From: a virus
Length of the DNA stretch: 41,200 nt
Reading direction: 5' to 3' (one strand)
Virus genome (UHGV): UHGV-0210649
Below, piece by piece: positions 10,130 through 18,350 of the stretch. The notes below the pieces were generated by a model that was given only the letters and a program-made list of their open reading frames with translations, was not told the DNA's origin and ran no database searches. Every line of letters starts with the position of its first letter. The stretch's first letter is position 1. A program made the position numbers and the translations under genes.

Positions 10130-10780
10130 ATGGCATTTGTAACAAAAACTTGGAAAGACCGTATGGTAGAATTCGCCGGCCGGAGAAAACTGAAAAATGT
10201 ATCTACCAATGAATCGGTGCTGTATGATGTAAGCCGTTCAGAGGGAACGGTGATGCAGGCAGGGGATAGTTTTAGTGCTACGAATATGAATGATTTGGAG
10301 CAGAGAATCAAGACGGAATTTGACAATGTAAACAGTAGTTTAATGGACTTAGGTGGGTTCAAACCTGTGATAGATGAATCAACAGGAGAAATCACAGGCT
10401 ATAAAACAAAGGCAGGTGCTGATACAGTGTTCCCTTTTAGAGGTGGTTTTAATGGCGCAGACATATATATGTCTGGCACAAATTTGGGTAACTTATCAAA
10501 GACAGAGCTCGCATCTAAAGGACAATATTTTTATGGTTTTGAGTATGATGATTCCGCTAAAAAATTCACTGTGTTATATGATGGAACATATTCTTATATG
10601 TTATCAACTACATCAAGTTATACGAGTTTATATATCAATGATAAATTAATAGAATATGCGACACACAATGGACAGGCAACCATATATAACACAATAGAGC
10701 TCAAAAAGGGAGATACTGGTTATATAATTTCAAATAACGCTGGACAATTTGCTCAGGGTTATTTAAGGAGAATTGCCTAA
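10130..10780 (+). CDS. Tail fibre/receptor-binding protein: constant N-terminus (~67 aa) plus the currently expressed variable cassette A
   Basis: F..KTWKDR...GT..Q.G..F.A.NMNDLE.RI anchor, then the NSSL crossover site and a low-GC variable C-terminus. Confidence 0.8.
   Translation: MAFVTKTWKDRMVEFAGRRKLKNVSTNESVLYDVSRSEGTVMQAGDSFSATNMNDLEQRIKTEFDNVNSSLMDLGGFKPVIDESTGEITGYKTKAGADTVFPFRGGFNGADIYMSGTNLGNLSKTELASKGQYFYGFEYDDSAKKFTVLYDGTYSYMLSTTSSYTSLYINDKLIEYATHNGQATIYNTIELKKGDTGYIISNNAGQFAQGYLRRIA
10329..10341 (+). repeat. Inversion site 1, TAAACAGTAGTTT (expression site, encodes NSSL)
   Basis: Exact 13-mer found four times, each at a cassette start. Confidence 0.85.
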
Positions 10781-10782
10781 GT

Positions 10783-11195
10783 TTACCCAAATGCTAGAAT
10801 AACCACTGGATATCCACTCCACGATCCAAGAAATTCTGCTTTGAAACCAGTATCATTAATTTCGGCAATACGATATGCTCCTTGTACCCAAGACCCAATT
10901 TCATATGGCGTATCAAAATATCCGTTGTAGTAACATTTGTTTGTAATTCCGTCATAAATAGCAACACTATTTCTATTTCCTGCTGCTACACAAAACAATA
11001 TTATTTTAGGCTTAAATCCAACCGTGTATTGAGTTAAGGCACTTGTTCCTGTAATTGTGGTATAAAATCTCTTTAAATCACTCTTAAAAGGGATGAATGT
11101 ATCGGCACCTCGACTAGAGCTAGTATTAATCCCATACTTTCCATCGTGATAATCCATATATATTTGGTTATTGTTAGCTTTCAAACTACTGTTTA
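10783..11195 (-). CDS. Silent tail-fibre C-terminal cassette B
   Basis: Begins NSSL at site 2, contains GADTFIPF, no RBS; stop converges with cassette A stop (10780/10783). Confidence 0.8.
11183..11195 (-). repeat. Inversion site 2 (inverted)
   Basis: aaactactgttta on the + strand. Confidence 0.85.
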
Positions 11196-11246
11196 ACACA
11201 CATAAAGCACCGGTCGCTTAGTGCCGGAGAAAGGAGCAATGCTCAC

Positions 11247-11657
11247 ATGAAAAAAATAAGATTAGTCGATCAGACAGAAATTGAAATTTACAACATCACG
11301 CAGTCGGGAGATACCCTGCAGATTGATATCCTCAATGGGGACGCAACCGCATTGGAAGAGACCTTCAAGGATGCGGACAACCTTTCCGTGATCCAGTATT
11401 ACGTTGAAGAGGATCTGATGATTGCCTATGCGCGGTTCGATCAGTTGCAGTCCTACGTGAAGAGAATGTCCCAGGTACTTGCCGTGGACTACACCATCGA
11501 GGATGAGACTACAGACAGCGGTTTTGCAGAAACCAAGGCGGATGTTCTTACTGTTACACTGGCAAAACTTCCAAAGATCGTGGATGTGGCTAATCAGACA
11601 GATCAGAACACTGCAGACATTGACTATATTGCTATGGAAACGGGGGTAAATGTGTAA
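11247..11657 (+). CDS. Tail-fibre-associated protein
   Basis: RBS AAAGGAG; C-terminal ADIDYIAMETGV as often seen in genes preceding XkdX. Confidence 0.6.
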   Translation: MKKIRLVDQTEIEIYNITQSGDTLQIDILNGDATALEETFKDADNLSVIQYYVEEDLMIAYARFDQLQSYVKRMSQVLAVDYTIEDETTDSGFAETKADVLTVTLAKLPKIVDVANQTDQNTADIDYIAMETGVNV

Positions 11658-11815
11658 TGGCAGCAAAGAAGCATTCAAAGAATTTTCAGAAAGTAAAGAA
11701 CTATTATAATCGCGGCTTATGGGATATTGACAGGGTATACAGTGCTGTAGGCAAGTGGATCACAGAAGCAGAGTATAAGGAGATTACTGGTTTTACATAT
11801 CCGGATAAAGAGTAA
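11657..11815 (+). CDS. XkdX-family small protein (absent from ORF track)
   Basis: MAAKKHSKNFQKVKNYYNRGLWDIDRVYSAVGKWITEAEYKEITGFTYPDKE; TAATG coupling. Confidence 0.8.
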   Translation: MAAKKHSKNFQKVKNYYNRGLWDIDRVYSAVGKWITEAEYKEITGFTYPDKE

Positions 11816-11817
11816 CA

Positions 11818-11852
11818 CTTAAGAGCCAGTAGAGAACGCTCTTTACTGGCTC
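11818..11852 (+). promoter_or_regulatory. Partial TAAGAGCCA motif plus 13-bp hairpin upstream of the lysis genes
   Basis: gagccagtagaga-acgc-tctttactggctc. Confidence 0.55.
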
Positions 11853-11876
11853 GATTATGAAAGAAAAGAGGGGAAG

Positions 11877-12221
11877 ATGATGCCGAATCCTATCATTGTG
11901 TACATACAGGCTCACTGGGTGGAGTGGCTGTTTGCTGCAGCCATCGGATTACTTGGCTTTATGTACAGACGTATCATGAACCAATTGAAAGAAGAAAAGC
12001 GAAAGAATGATGCTCTTATGCTGGGAGTACAGTGCCTTTTGAGAGAGAGCATAGTGTCCAATTACAACAAATATCAGGACAAAGACTATTGCCCTATTTA
12101 TGCCAAGGAATCCATCAAACGGGTATATGAGGCTTATCACAATCTCGGTGGGAACGATGTGGCTACAAAGCTGTATCATACCATGCTGGATATGCCGGAG
12201 GAACCAAAGGATGAGCAGTAA
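11877..12221 (+). CDS. Membrane-anchored lysis-module protein (holin/antiholin-like)
   Basis: One N-terminal TM segment; GVQCLLR and Y.AYHNLGGN motifs. Confidence 0.65.
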   Translation: MMPNPIIVYIQAHWVEWLFAAAIGLLGFMYRRIMNQLKEEKRKNDALMLGVQCLLRESIVSNYNKYQDKDYCPIYAKESIKRVYEAYHNLGGNDVATKLYHTMLDMPEEPKDEQ

Positions 12222-12516
12222 GAAACCAAGATGCGGAAGACACCCGACCTATACGAAAAAGATGATGTCCCGGATTATCAATATTGCCTTGGTAGATATG
12301 CAGTTTCCGTTTATCCTGGCTTTATTGGGGAAGAATGCGATTGCAGAAACACTGGGAGGTATTATTGCGAGCGAAGTGATCGGAGTATTTCTGGTCTACT
12401 GTGCAAAATCCTTTTTCGAGACACGGGAGTCTGAAAAAGTAAGAATGGAAGAAATGAAAATGGAAACAGGTTCGGAAGAACCGGAGTCAGAAGAAATGGA
12501 GGAAATTGAGTTATGA
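12211..12516 (+). CDS. Two-TM lysis-module membrane protein
   Basis: Likely start ATG 12211 (MSSKKPR...); two hydrophobic segments, acidic tail. Confidence 0.55.
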   Translation: MSSKKPRCGRHPTYTKKMMSRIINIALVDMQFPFILALLGKNAIAETLGGIIASEVIGVFLVYCAKSFFETRESEKVRMEEMKMETGSEEPESEEMEEIEL

Positions 12517-12818
12517 CATTACAGATTTTTTTAACAGGACTATTATTGGTGAGTATTTTGACAAGTCTTGTTACCGAAGCCATTAAGCGGATTTTGGAAG
12601 AGCAGAAAAAGCAGTATTACAGTAACACCCTTGCAGGTATTGTGGCGGTTGTCATTGCGGTTCTGGTGGATATCGGATACACCGTATTAAATAACATGGC
12701 CTTTGATGTAACCTGGGTGGTATATCTGATTGCTTTGATTGGCCTGTCCTGGTTATGTGCGATGGTTGGCTATGATAAAGTGATTCAGGCACTGTCACAG
12801 ATCCGGAGCAAATCATGA
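12513..12818 (+). CDS. Holin (3 TM)
   Basis: Three hydrophobic segments, L.TEAIK and SWL.AMVGYDKV.Q motifs; upstream of endolysin. Confidence 0.75.
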   Translation: MTLQIFLTGLLLVSILTSLVTEAIKRILEEQKKQYYSNTLAGIVAVVIAVLVDIGYTVLNNMAFDVTWVVYLIALIGLSWLCAMVGYDKVIQALSQIRSKS

Positions 12819-12955
12819 GCCGGTTATTAGAGGTTCTCGTTGTTGTTGGAGTGGTTATTTATCTTGCACTGGCGCTGATTGGAGTAAGTAAGACCGAGCC
12901 GGTGAAATACCGGGATGTGAGGCATCAGATTGAAAGTGAGGCCATGATCTTATGA
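12815..12955 (+). CDS. Small TM peptide (46 aa)
   Basis: MSRLLEVLVVVGVVIYLALALIGV...; ATGA overlaps at both ends. Confidence 0.5.
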   Translation: MSRLLEVLVVVGVVIYLALALIGVSKTEPVKYRDVRHQIESEAMIL

Positions 12956-13080
12956 AAAGGGTAGTTGAGGCAATTAAGAGCATTTTATTAATAATGGCAG
13001 TCCTGATAGGGATTGTATATGTGATCACAATCCCCATCGGGTGCCTGATCTATGCAATTGTGAATGGAGGGTTTATGTGA
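12952..13080 (+). CDS. Small TM peptide (42 aa)
   Basis: MKRVVEAIKSILLIMAVLIGIVYVITIPIGCLIYAIVNGGFM; TGATG overlap with endolysin. Confidence 0.5.
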   Translation: MKRVVEAIKSILLIMAVLIGIVYVITIPIGCLIYAIVNGGFM

Positions 13081-13775
13081 TGGCAACACAGACACAGGTA
13101 AAAGCATTTATTGAAAGAATCGCACCGATCGCACAGGCAAAGTCTAAAGGGAGGGCATTGCCGTCCGTGTGTATTGCACAGGCCTGTTGTGAGTCTGCAT
13201 ATGGGACAAGTCCTAAGATGATCCGGGCAAATGCTGTATTCGGTATCAAGGTTGGTAAGTCAAAGGCACATTTCGGCGCAGCATGGCATGATAAGGCATA
13301 CAGCACACGTACAAAAGAGTGCTATGACGGTAAGACATACACTAATATCACGGACCTGTTCAGGGCGTATGACAGTATCGATGATGCAGTGGAGGATTAT
13401 TATGATATGCTCGGTACCTGTAAGAGGTACAAGGCATGTGTCAATGAAAAGAATCCACAGAAGTGCATCACTGCTATTAAAAATGGTGGGTACGCAACAG
13501 CTCCTGATTATGTATCAACGATTATGAGTATTATTAATAAGTATAATCTGACAAAATACGATTGCCTTACACTTCGAAAAGGATCTTCGGGATCCGTGGT
13601 GAAAGAGTTGCAGACCTTACTTATTAAGGCTGGATACAGCTGTGGTAAATACGGATCAGACGGTAAGTTTGGTGACAGCACTCTGGAAGCAGTGAATGCA
13701 TTTCAGGCAGACAGGGGGCTTGCAGTTGACGGTGTTGTGGGGACAAAGACATGGGCAGAATTGTGCAAAGATTAA
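13080..13775 (+). CDS. Endolysin: GH73 glucosaminidase/muramidase plus C-terminal PG_binding_1 domain
   Basis: IAQA..ES.YG, N.FGIK, FRAY, GYATAPDY; LRKGSSG..VKELQ..L...G...DG.FG..T..AV..FQ...GL.VDG.VG..TW. Confidence 0.92.
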   Translation: MATQTQVKAFIERIAPIAQAKSKGRALPSVCIAQACCESAYGTSPKMIRANAVFGIKVGKSKAHFGAAWHDKAYSTRTKECYDGKTYTNITDLFRAYDSIDDAVEDYYDMLGTCKRYKACVNEKNPQKCITAIKNGGYATAPDYVSTIMSIINKYNLTKYDCLTLRKGSSGSVVKELQTLLIKAGYSCGKYGSDGKFGDSTLEAVNAFQADRGLAVDGVVGTKTWAELCKD

Positions 13776-13878
13776 TTGATGGTGTATTGGAGGTATTGTG
13801 CCTGATACTTCTTACAATAGCAGTAGGAGTGTTGTTTCCTATTGCCGTAGTTTTTAAATGGTTGGATAAATAACAGGG

Positions 13879-13904
13879 ATCCCGGCGTTATGCCGGGATT
13901 TTTG
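13879..13904 (+). terminator. Intrinsic terminator ending the late/lysis operon, just before inversion site 3
   Basis: atcccggc-gttat-gccgggat followed by tttt. Confidence 0.75.
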
Positions 13905-13908
13905 CGTA

Positions 13909-13921
13909 TAAACAGTAGTTT
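13909..13921 (+). repeat. Inversion site 3
   Basis: taaacagtagttt. Confidence 0.85.
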
Positions 13922-14270
13922 GGCTGATGGTAACCTGTCCTTTTCTATTGGTGAGGACGGCGATCCATATGCTACATATAAGGTAGGTGCTGATACAGTC
14001 ACAAAAAAATTGGGTGAACCAACATTAATAGGCACTTTTTCCGGAAGGGTTAATTCTGGCTATAACGTAGCGATTTTCAACCTTACATCATATAAAAACT
14101 ATAAGAACCTTACGCTTGACGATATGCTAATCGTAATTCAAAAGTATGGACACGCTAGTAATGCTGCGGTTGCTGAATCATTTTCATGGACATACGATCA
14201 AAGCACTGGAGTATTATCTGTATCTCATAGTGCAATGCATAATATGACGATAGATGTATATATTAAGTAG
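13909..14270 (+). CDS. Silent tail-fibre C-terminal cassette C
   Basis: Begins NSSL at site 3, contains KVGADTV; insulated by the upstream terminator; no RBS. Confidence 0.78.
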
Positions 14271-14348
14271 TTAATTCATCATAATGGTTGTAAAAATTTT
14301 AGAATAACCTAATTTCCCAATAGTGCAATTATACATAAACCATCTTAT

Positions 14349-14686
14349 TTATAACGGAGTGTATGTTACAGATACTATTGATGCTGATTGTGCAGTCCAC
14401 GTTTGATCTCCTTGCCAAATGTTATAGCTGCTATTACCAAAAGACTGTCCAACAGCAGGAGTATAAGTGATGTTGCCATCAATACATTGAATAGTTATTG
14501 TGCCATCTTTTGTTGCCTGAACACCTGCATAATTTTGTCCTACTACTCGAATAACAATAACTAATTTGAAATTCCCGCCGCTAAAAGGGAAAACTGTATC
14601 TGCACCTACCTTAGTTTTATATCCGGTTATCTTGCCTGTTGAATCATCAACAATAAATTGTGATACACCGCCCAAACTACTGTTTA
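14349..14686 (-). CDS. Silent tail-fibre C-terminal cassette D
   Basis: NSSL-GGVSQFIVDDSTGKITGYKTKVGADTVFPFSGG, similar to cassette A (DESTGEITGYKTKAGADTVFPFRGG). Confidence 0.8.
14674..14686 (-). repeat. Inversion site 4 (inverted)
   Basis: aaactactgttta on the + strand. Confidence 0.85.
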
Positions 14687-14700
14687 TATCTTTATATAAT

Positions 14701-14747
14701 GGAGTAGTAAATTATGTATTACTACAGTGTGCGATAAATACTACTCC
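14701..14747. other. Candidate attP for the serine integrase
   Basis: 47-bp imperfect inverted repeat GGAGTAGTA...ACT-AC-AGT...TACTACTCC ending 4 bp from the integrase stop. Confidence 0.6.
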
Positions 14748-14751
14748 TAAA

Positions 14752-16104
14752 TCAGTAAAAATGAAAACCGCATAGTTTGCGGGTTTCCGGATCCACCTGA
14801 ATATCTTTAATATATTTTTTCCAGAAGATTTTCTTATTTTCAGCATCCAGTGAACGATATAAGTTGATCCAGTCACCCTGAAAGAAGGAGACCAGATTCT
14901 CACGTTTTTCAATAGTATTCTCGATGTCGCATACAGTGGATAGCTCCATTAATTTCTTTTCAAGCAGTTCATATTGACTTTCGTAATAAGAATCCGTGAT
15001 ACGGCCTTTCTGGTACATCAAATTCAATCGTCCCATTTCGTCATGAATTACCTTCGCATTATTTCCGGATTCCTGTTCGGAGGCAGCCATGCTTTTCAGC
15101 TTCTCAATGTCGCGCTGCAGAAAGATCAGGACATTTTCAATCAGATAATTTTCTACGGTCTTTTCCAGTATGGACGCTCCGCCATGCCGGTTAAATTTAT
15201 TCCCACAACGATATTTTATGTAGATGCTCTGACCGCCGTTTTTCAGGTTCTGTTTCTTTCGGTAACCAGTGAAGTTGTTTCCGCAGATCGGACATTTAAT
15301 CAGTGATGTAAAAATGTAAGGCTCATATTGTCCGGTATTCTGCTTAGTAGTTCCTATTGTGCGGATCTGCTCGTATTGTTCTCTGGTAAGGTACGGTTCA
15401 CACCAGTTTGGATTGCCACGGAATGAGCCGGAATACTTCTCGTTTTTAAAGAGACGGTCTATAACGTTGTCAGAGGGGGCATTTTCGCCGTATTTCATAT
15501 TTAGGTAACGAATTACGTCACGAATGGAAAAAGTCTTAAAATAACGCTCATACGCGCTCACAACGATATGCGAGACGGATTCATCCTTTTGTACATATCC
15601 TTCAACCACCTTATAGCCATATGGAGCCATGCGTCCACTGATCACTTTTCCCTGGGCTTCCTTATGCCGGAATACTGCTTTGATTCGTTCGGAGGTACGG
15701 TCACATTCATTCTGTGCAACTGCAAGCATAATATTAATCTTAAGCTGGCCATCAGCGGTGGAAGAGTCATAGTCCTCATAGATGGTTTTCCAGTTACAGT
15801 GGTGTGCATCTAAGATTTCCTGTGTATTGTGGTAGTCCTTCACATTACGGAACCATCGGTCTAATTTGGTTACCAGGATCAGATCCACCTTATTCGCTTT
15901 CACATCATCCAGAAGCCGCATAAGGTCCTTACGGTTCTTCATTTTCTTCCGGGCGGTAATGCCCTCATCTTCGTAGTAACCGACAATAACATATCCGTGA
16001 TCTTTTGCGTATTGCGTGAGATCGTCTTTCTGTGTGGCGAGGGATAAGCCCTTTTCCACCTGCAGGTCGGTAGACACACGATCATAAATGGCACAACGGA
16101 TCAT
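14752..16104 (-). CDS. int: Large serine recombinase (integrase)
   Basis: AIY.RVST..Q catalytic motif, KLDR..RN, PYGY, zinc ribbon (CPICG...YRC), coiled coil; start at ATG 16104 after GAGGAGG. Confidence 0.95.
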   Translation of the reverse strand: MIRCAIYDRVSTDLQVEKGLSLATQKDDLTQYAKDHGYVIVGYYEDEGITARKKMKNRKDLMRLLDDVKANKVDLILVTKLDRWFRNVKDYHNTQEILDAHHCNWKTIYEDYDSSTADGQLKINIMLAVAQNECDRTSERIKAVFRHKEAQGKVISGRMAPYGYKVVEGYVQKDESVSHIVVSAYERYFKTFSIRDVIRYLNMKYGENAPSDNVIDRLFKNEKYSGSFRGNPNWCEPYLTREQYEQIRTIGTTKQNTGQYEPYIFTSLIKCPICGNNFTGYRKKQNLKNGGQSIYIKYRCGNKFNRHGGASILEKTVENYLIENVLIFLQRDIEKLKSMAASEQESGNNAKVIHDEMGRLNLMYQKGRITDSYYESQYELLEKKLMELSTVCDIENTIEKRENLVSFFQGDWINLYRSLDAENKKIFWKKYIKDIQVDPETRKLCGFHFY

Positions 16105-16290
16105 TATATCATCCTCCTCATACATTTTATGGCAGCAGGGCATAAAAATGCCCGGTGCTTGTATTTCACCGGGAAAAATGATACAATTTCACTTGCGAGG
16201 TGACTGTATCGGATTTCCCGATATGGTTCCTAATCTGCTCCGGTGTTGGCGTACCGGGGCAGATTTTAATTATAGGCGATCTATCCGAAG

Positions 16291-17055
16291 TTACTTAAGT
16301 AATTTTTCAACATACTTATCTCTTAAGGACCAAAAAACAGGTGTTACATTGTAGGTGCTCATAGTGCTAATAATCTGAGAAGGTATTTTTTTCCCATTGT
16401 CCTGCATAAAGACATATAATTCTGAATTTTGCGGTCTTTCTTGTACTGTGTCTTCCCATAAAAAAATAATACTATTTGTTTGTTGCTGATCTATATTATT
16501 AACAACTTTTATAATACGTTCTGAGGCGTTTTTGGATTTTGGGATGGCAAAATCATAATTAGTTGTAAGACCGCTTTTCCCTGGAAAAGATACATCTGGT
16601 GTATAACGGATGTCTTTTTCGTCTAAAAATGTTTGAACATCTTCCAGAAAGAGTGATTGTACATTATTTTTGGCTGTATAAAACATATCGCTTATTTTTA
16701 TCATACATTGAGAAAGCATATGTTTTCTTTGCGGAAGATTATCTTTGGAACAAATTGTATATAATTCTCCGTCATCGGATTTTTTAATTCCATGAGCTGC
16801 AAGAATTCTATTAAAAATGGCAGTTCGTTTTTGACTTGAAAATAAATTAAAACCGGATAACTCCAATTCATTAATAGTTTCTCCGTCATCCGTTAACAGA
16901 TATTTATCTCCATCAAGTTTTATAAAAATTTCGGTACAATCGTTATTTCTGTTTAAAAAGGGCAAGGTTATTCTGTAAACATTATCACTTACCTTATATT
17001 CATCAGTATTATCATAGAGCCATTTTATATATTCGTCTTTAAATTTCATATTCAT
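16291..17055 (-). CDS. DUF1828/DUF1829-type protein
   Basis: ITLPFL.R.ND, LTDDG.T..EL..SG, F.EDV..FL, GKSG....YDF.I. Confidence 0.7.
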   Translation of the reverse strand: MNMKFKDEYIKWLYDNTDEYKVSDNVYRITLPFLNRNNDCTEIFIKLDGDKYLLTDDGETINELELSGFNLFSSQKRTAIFNRILAAHGIKKSDDGELYTICSKDNLPQRKHMLSQCMIKISDMFYTAKNNVQSLFLEDVQTFLDEKDIRYTPDVSFPGKSGLTTNYDFAIPKSKNASERIIKVVNNIDQQQTNSIIFLWEDTVQERPQNSELYVFMQDNGKKIPSQIISTMSTYNVTPVFWSLRDKYVEKLLK

Positions 17056-17498
17056 TACATCACACCCTGAATGTTTATGTTTGTTAAATCTATATTACAT
17101 AAATTACAAAAGTCTGTAAATACAGTTGAAAAATCATTTACATTTGAGAAAAATTTTCCATATTCGCCTGATAAATCATAAGTAATATTTCCGCAGGTTT
17201 CATCAAAAATATGGATATGGTTTCTGGATGATTTGGAACCATCTGCATACATATGAGGAACACAGTCTAGTTCTAGTCGAATCATCATTGTATTACTATT
17301 AGCATGTCTCTCCTGAACCTTCTTCTTTGTTAAAGTTATAGAACTTTTGCGATCTGTATCTAGTAAAAAAATATCACGGGTAGTATTAGATAAAATGCGG
17401 AGAGTTTTTCCTTTCTCTCCGGCAGTAGGAAGTTCTATATTATTTGTTTCGAAATATTTCTTTAAATTTAAAAGTTCTTTGAATTCATCATTGGTCAT
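17055..17498 (-). CDS. DUF6978-like protein, partner of DUF1828/1829
   Basis: IRL.L....H...DG......HIHIF.E...F..FC..CNI; translationally coupled. Confidence 0.6.
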   Translation of the reverse strand: MTNDEFKELLNLKKYFETNNIELPTAGEKGKTLRILSNTTRDIFLLDTDRKSSITLTKKKVQERHANSNTMMIRLELDCVPHMYADGSKSSRNHIHIFDETCGNITYDLSGEYGKFFSNVNDFSTVFTDFCNLCNIDLTNINIQGVM

Positions 17499-17563
17499 TT
17501 GTACCCCTCTCCCAAAACATCAGTTCGATGAAGTGACGTTTTTTTTATAGAGATACGTTTTAA

Positions 17564-18073
17564 TTATCTATTCTTTTCAACCATCCGGCGCATAAGTTCT
17601 GTATGTTTTTCAGCCTCACTTAATGAATCGAACCATGCATCATATTCTCGTTTATAATTAATTCGGTGAATCCTTTCCTCACGTTCGTATTCACTGTCGT
17701 AGAATGCCTGTTTATGCTCTTTATGGTTTTTATAAAAATATATAGCAGGAGCAATTACAATGATCGAATACCCTAATACAAGACGTCCGATTAAAATACT
17801 GAATATCATATATACTAAAAATAATAGTGCCACAATGATTATATATATGTAAGCCTCGCGCTGAAGAAAAGAATCGTCTTTTGGAATAAATTCTATCAAT
17901 TCTGGTTCAATGTATTCATTACGCGCCTCTGGTGCAGAATAATAATTATTTATGGTATTTACAGTATTGTTATTACCTTTTATATTTGTTGTTCCTTCTC
18001 TTGGCAGTTCGCTACCGCAGTAATTACAAAATCTTCCTTCTGTAACTTCGGCTCCACAGTTTTCACATTTCAT
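17564..18073 (-). CDS. Zinc-ribbon membrane protein (lysogeny accessory)
   Basis: MKCENCGA...FCNYCG followed by two TM segments. Confidence 0.7.
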   Translation of the reverse strand: MKCENCGAEVTEGRFCNYCGSELPREGTTNIKGNNNTVNTINNYYSAPEARNEYIEPELIEFIPKDDSFLQREAYIYIIIVALLFLVYMIFSILIGRLVLGYSIIVIAPAIYFYKNHKEHKQAFYDSEYEREERIHRINYKREYDAWFDSLSEAEKHTELMRRMVEKNR

Positions 18074-18299
18074 TGAGATTCCCCCCTTTATCTTTGTGTG
18101 CTTCCAATTCTATTATATTTGAATTGCTTTTCTCAAAATCGTTGCTTTGGATGTGGTTTATGGCGTGAAGGTAACATTCTAACTGCCGTTCGTGGGAAAG
18201 GCGGGAATTGAGCAGTATAGTGTAACTATCGTCCACATTTTTTATTACCTGTTCACCTATAAGAACATCCATATCTATAAGCTGTGTATTAATATCCAA
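18063..18299 (-). CDS. Short ImmA/IrrE-like protein
   Basis: D.SYTILLNSRLS.E.Q...YLHAINHI...DF; directly downstream of the repressor. Confidence 0.65.
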   Translation of the reverse strand: MDINTQLIDMDVLIGEQVIKNVDDSYTILLNSRLSHERQLECYLHAINHIQSNDFEKSNSNIIELEAHKDKGGNLNEM

Positions 18300-18350
18300 A
18301 ATTCATCACCCATTACACATATAACATTTTGTATGTACCATAATTAGTAC

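Noticed and set aside
13890..13908. ORF-track starts for cassettes B, C and D as standalone genes
   Set aside because: No RBS; the ATG at 13890 lies inside the terminator hairpin; similarity begins exactly at NSSL
10130..14686. Diversity-generating retroelement explaining the repeated tail-fibre segments
   Set aside because: No reverse transcriptase ORF is recognisable, and the A/D similarity is short with differences not confined to adenines; inverted 13-bp sites fit inversion better
16145..16270. Two GC-rich hairpins upstream of the integrase as a novel ncRNA
   Set aside because: Adequately explained as terminator/attenuator hairpins between the immunity block and int; no further support from sequence alone
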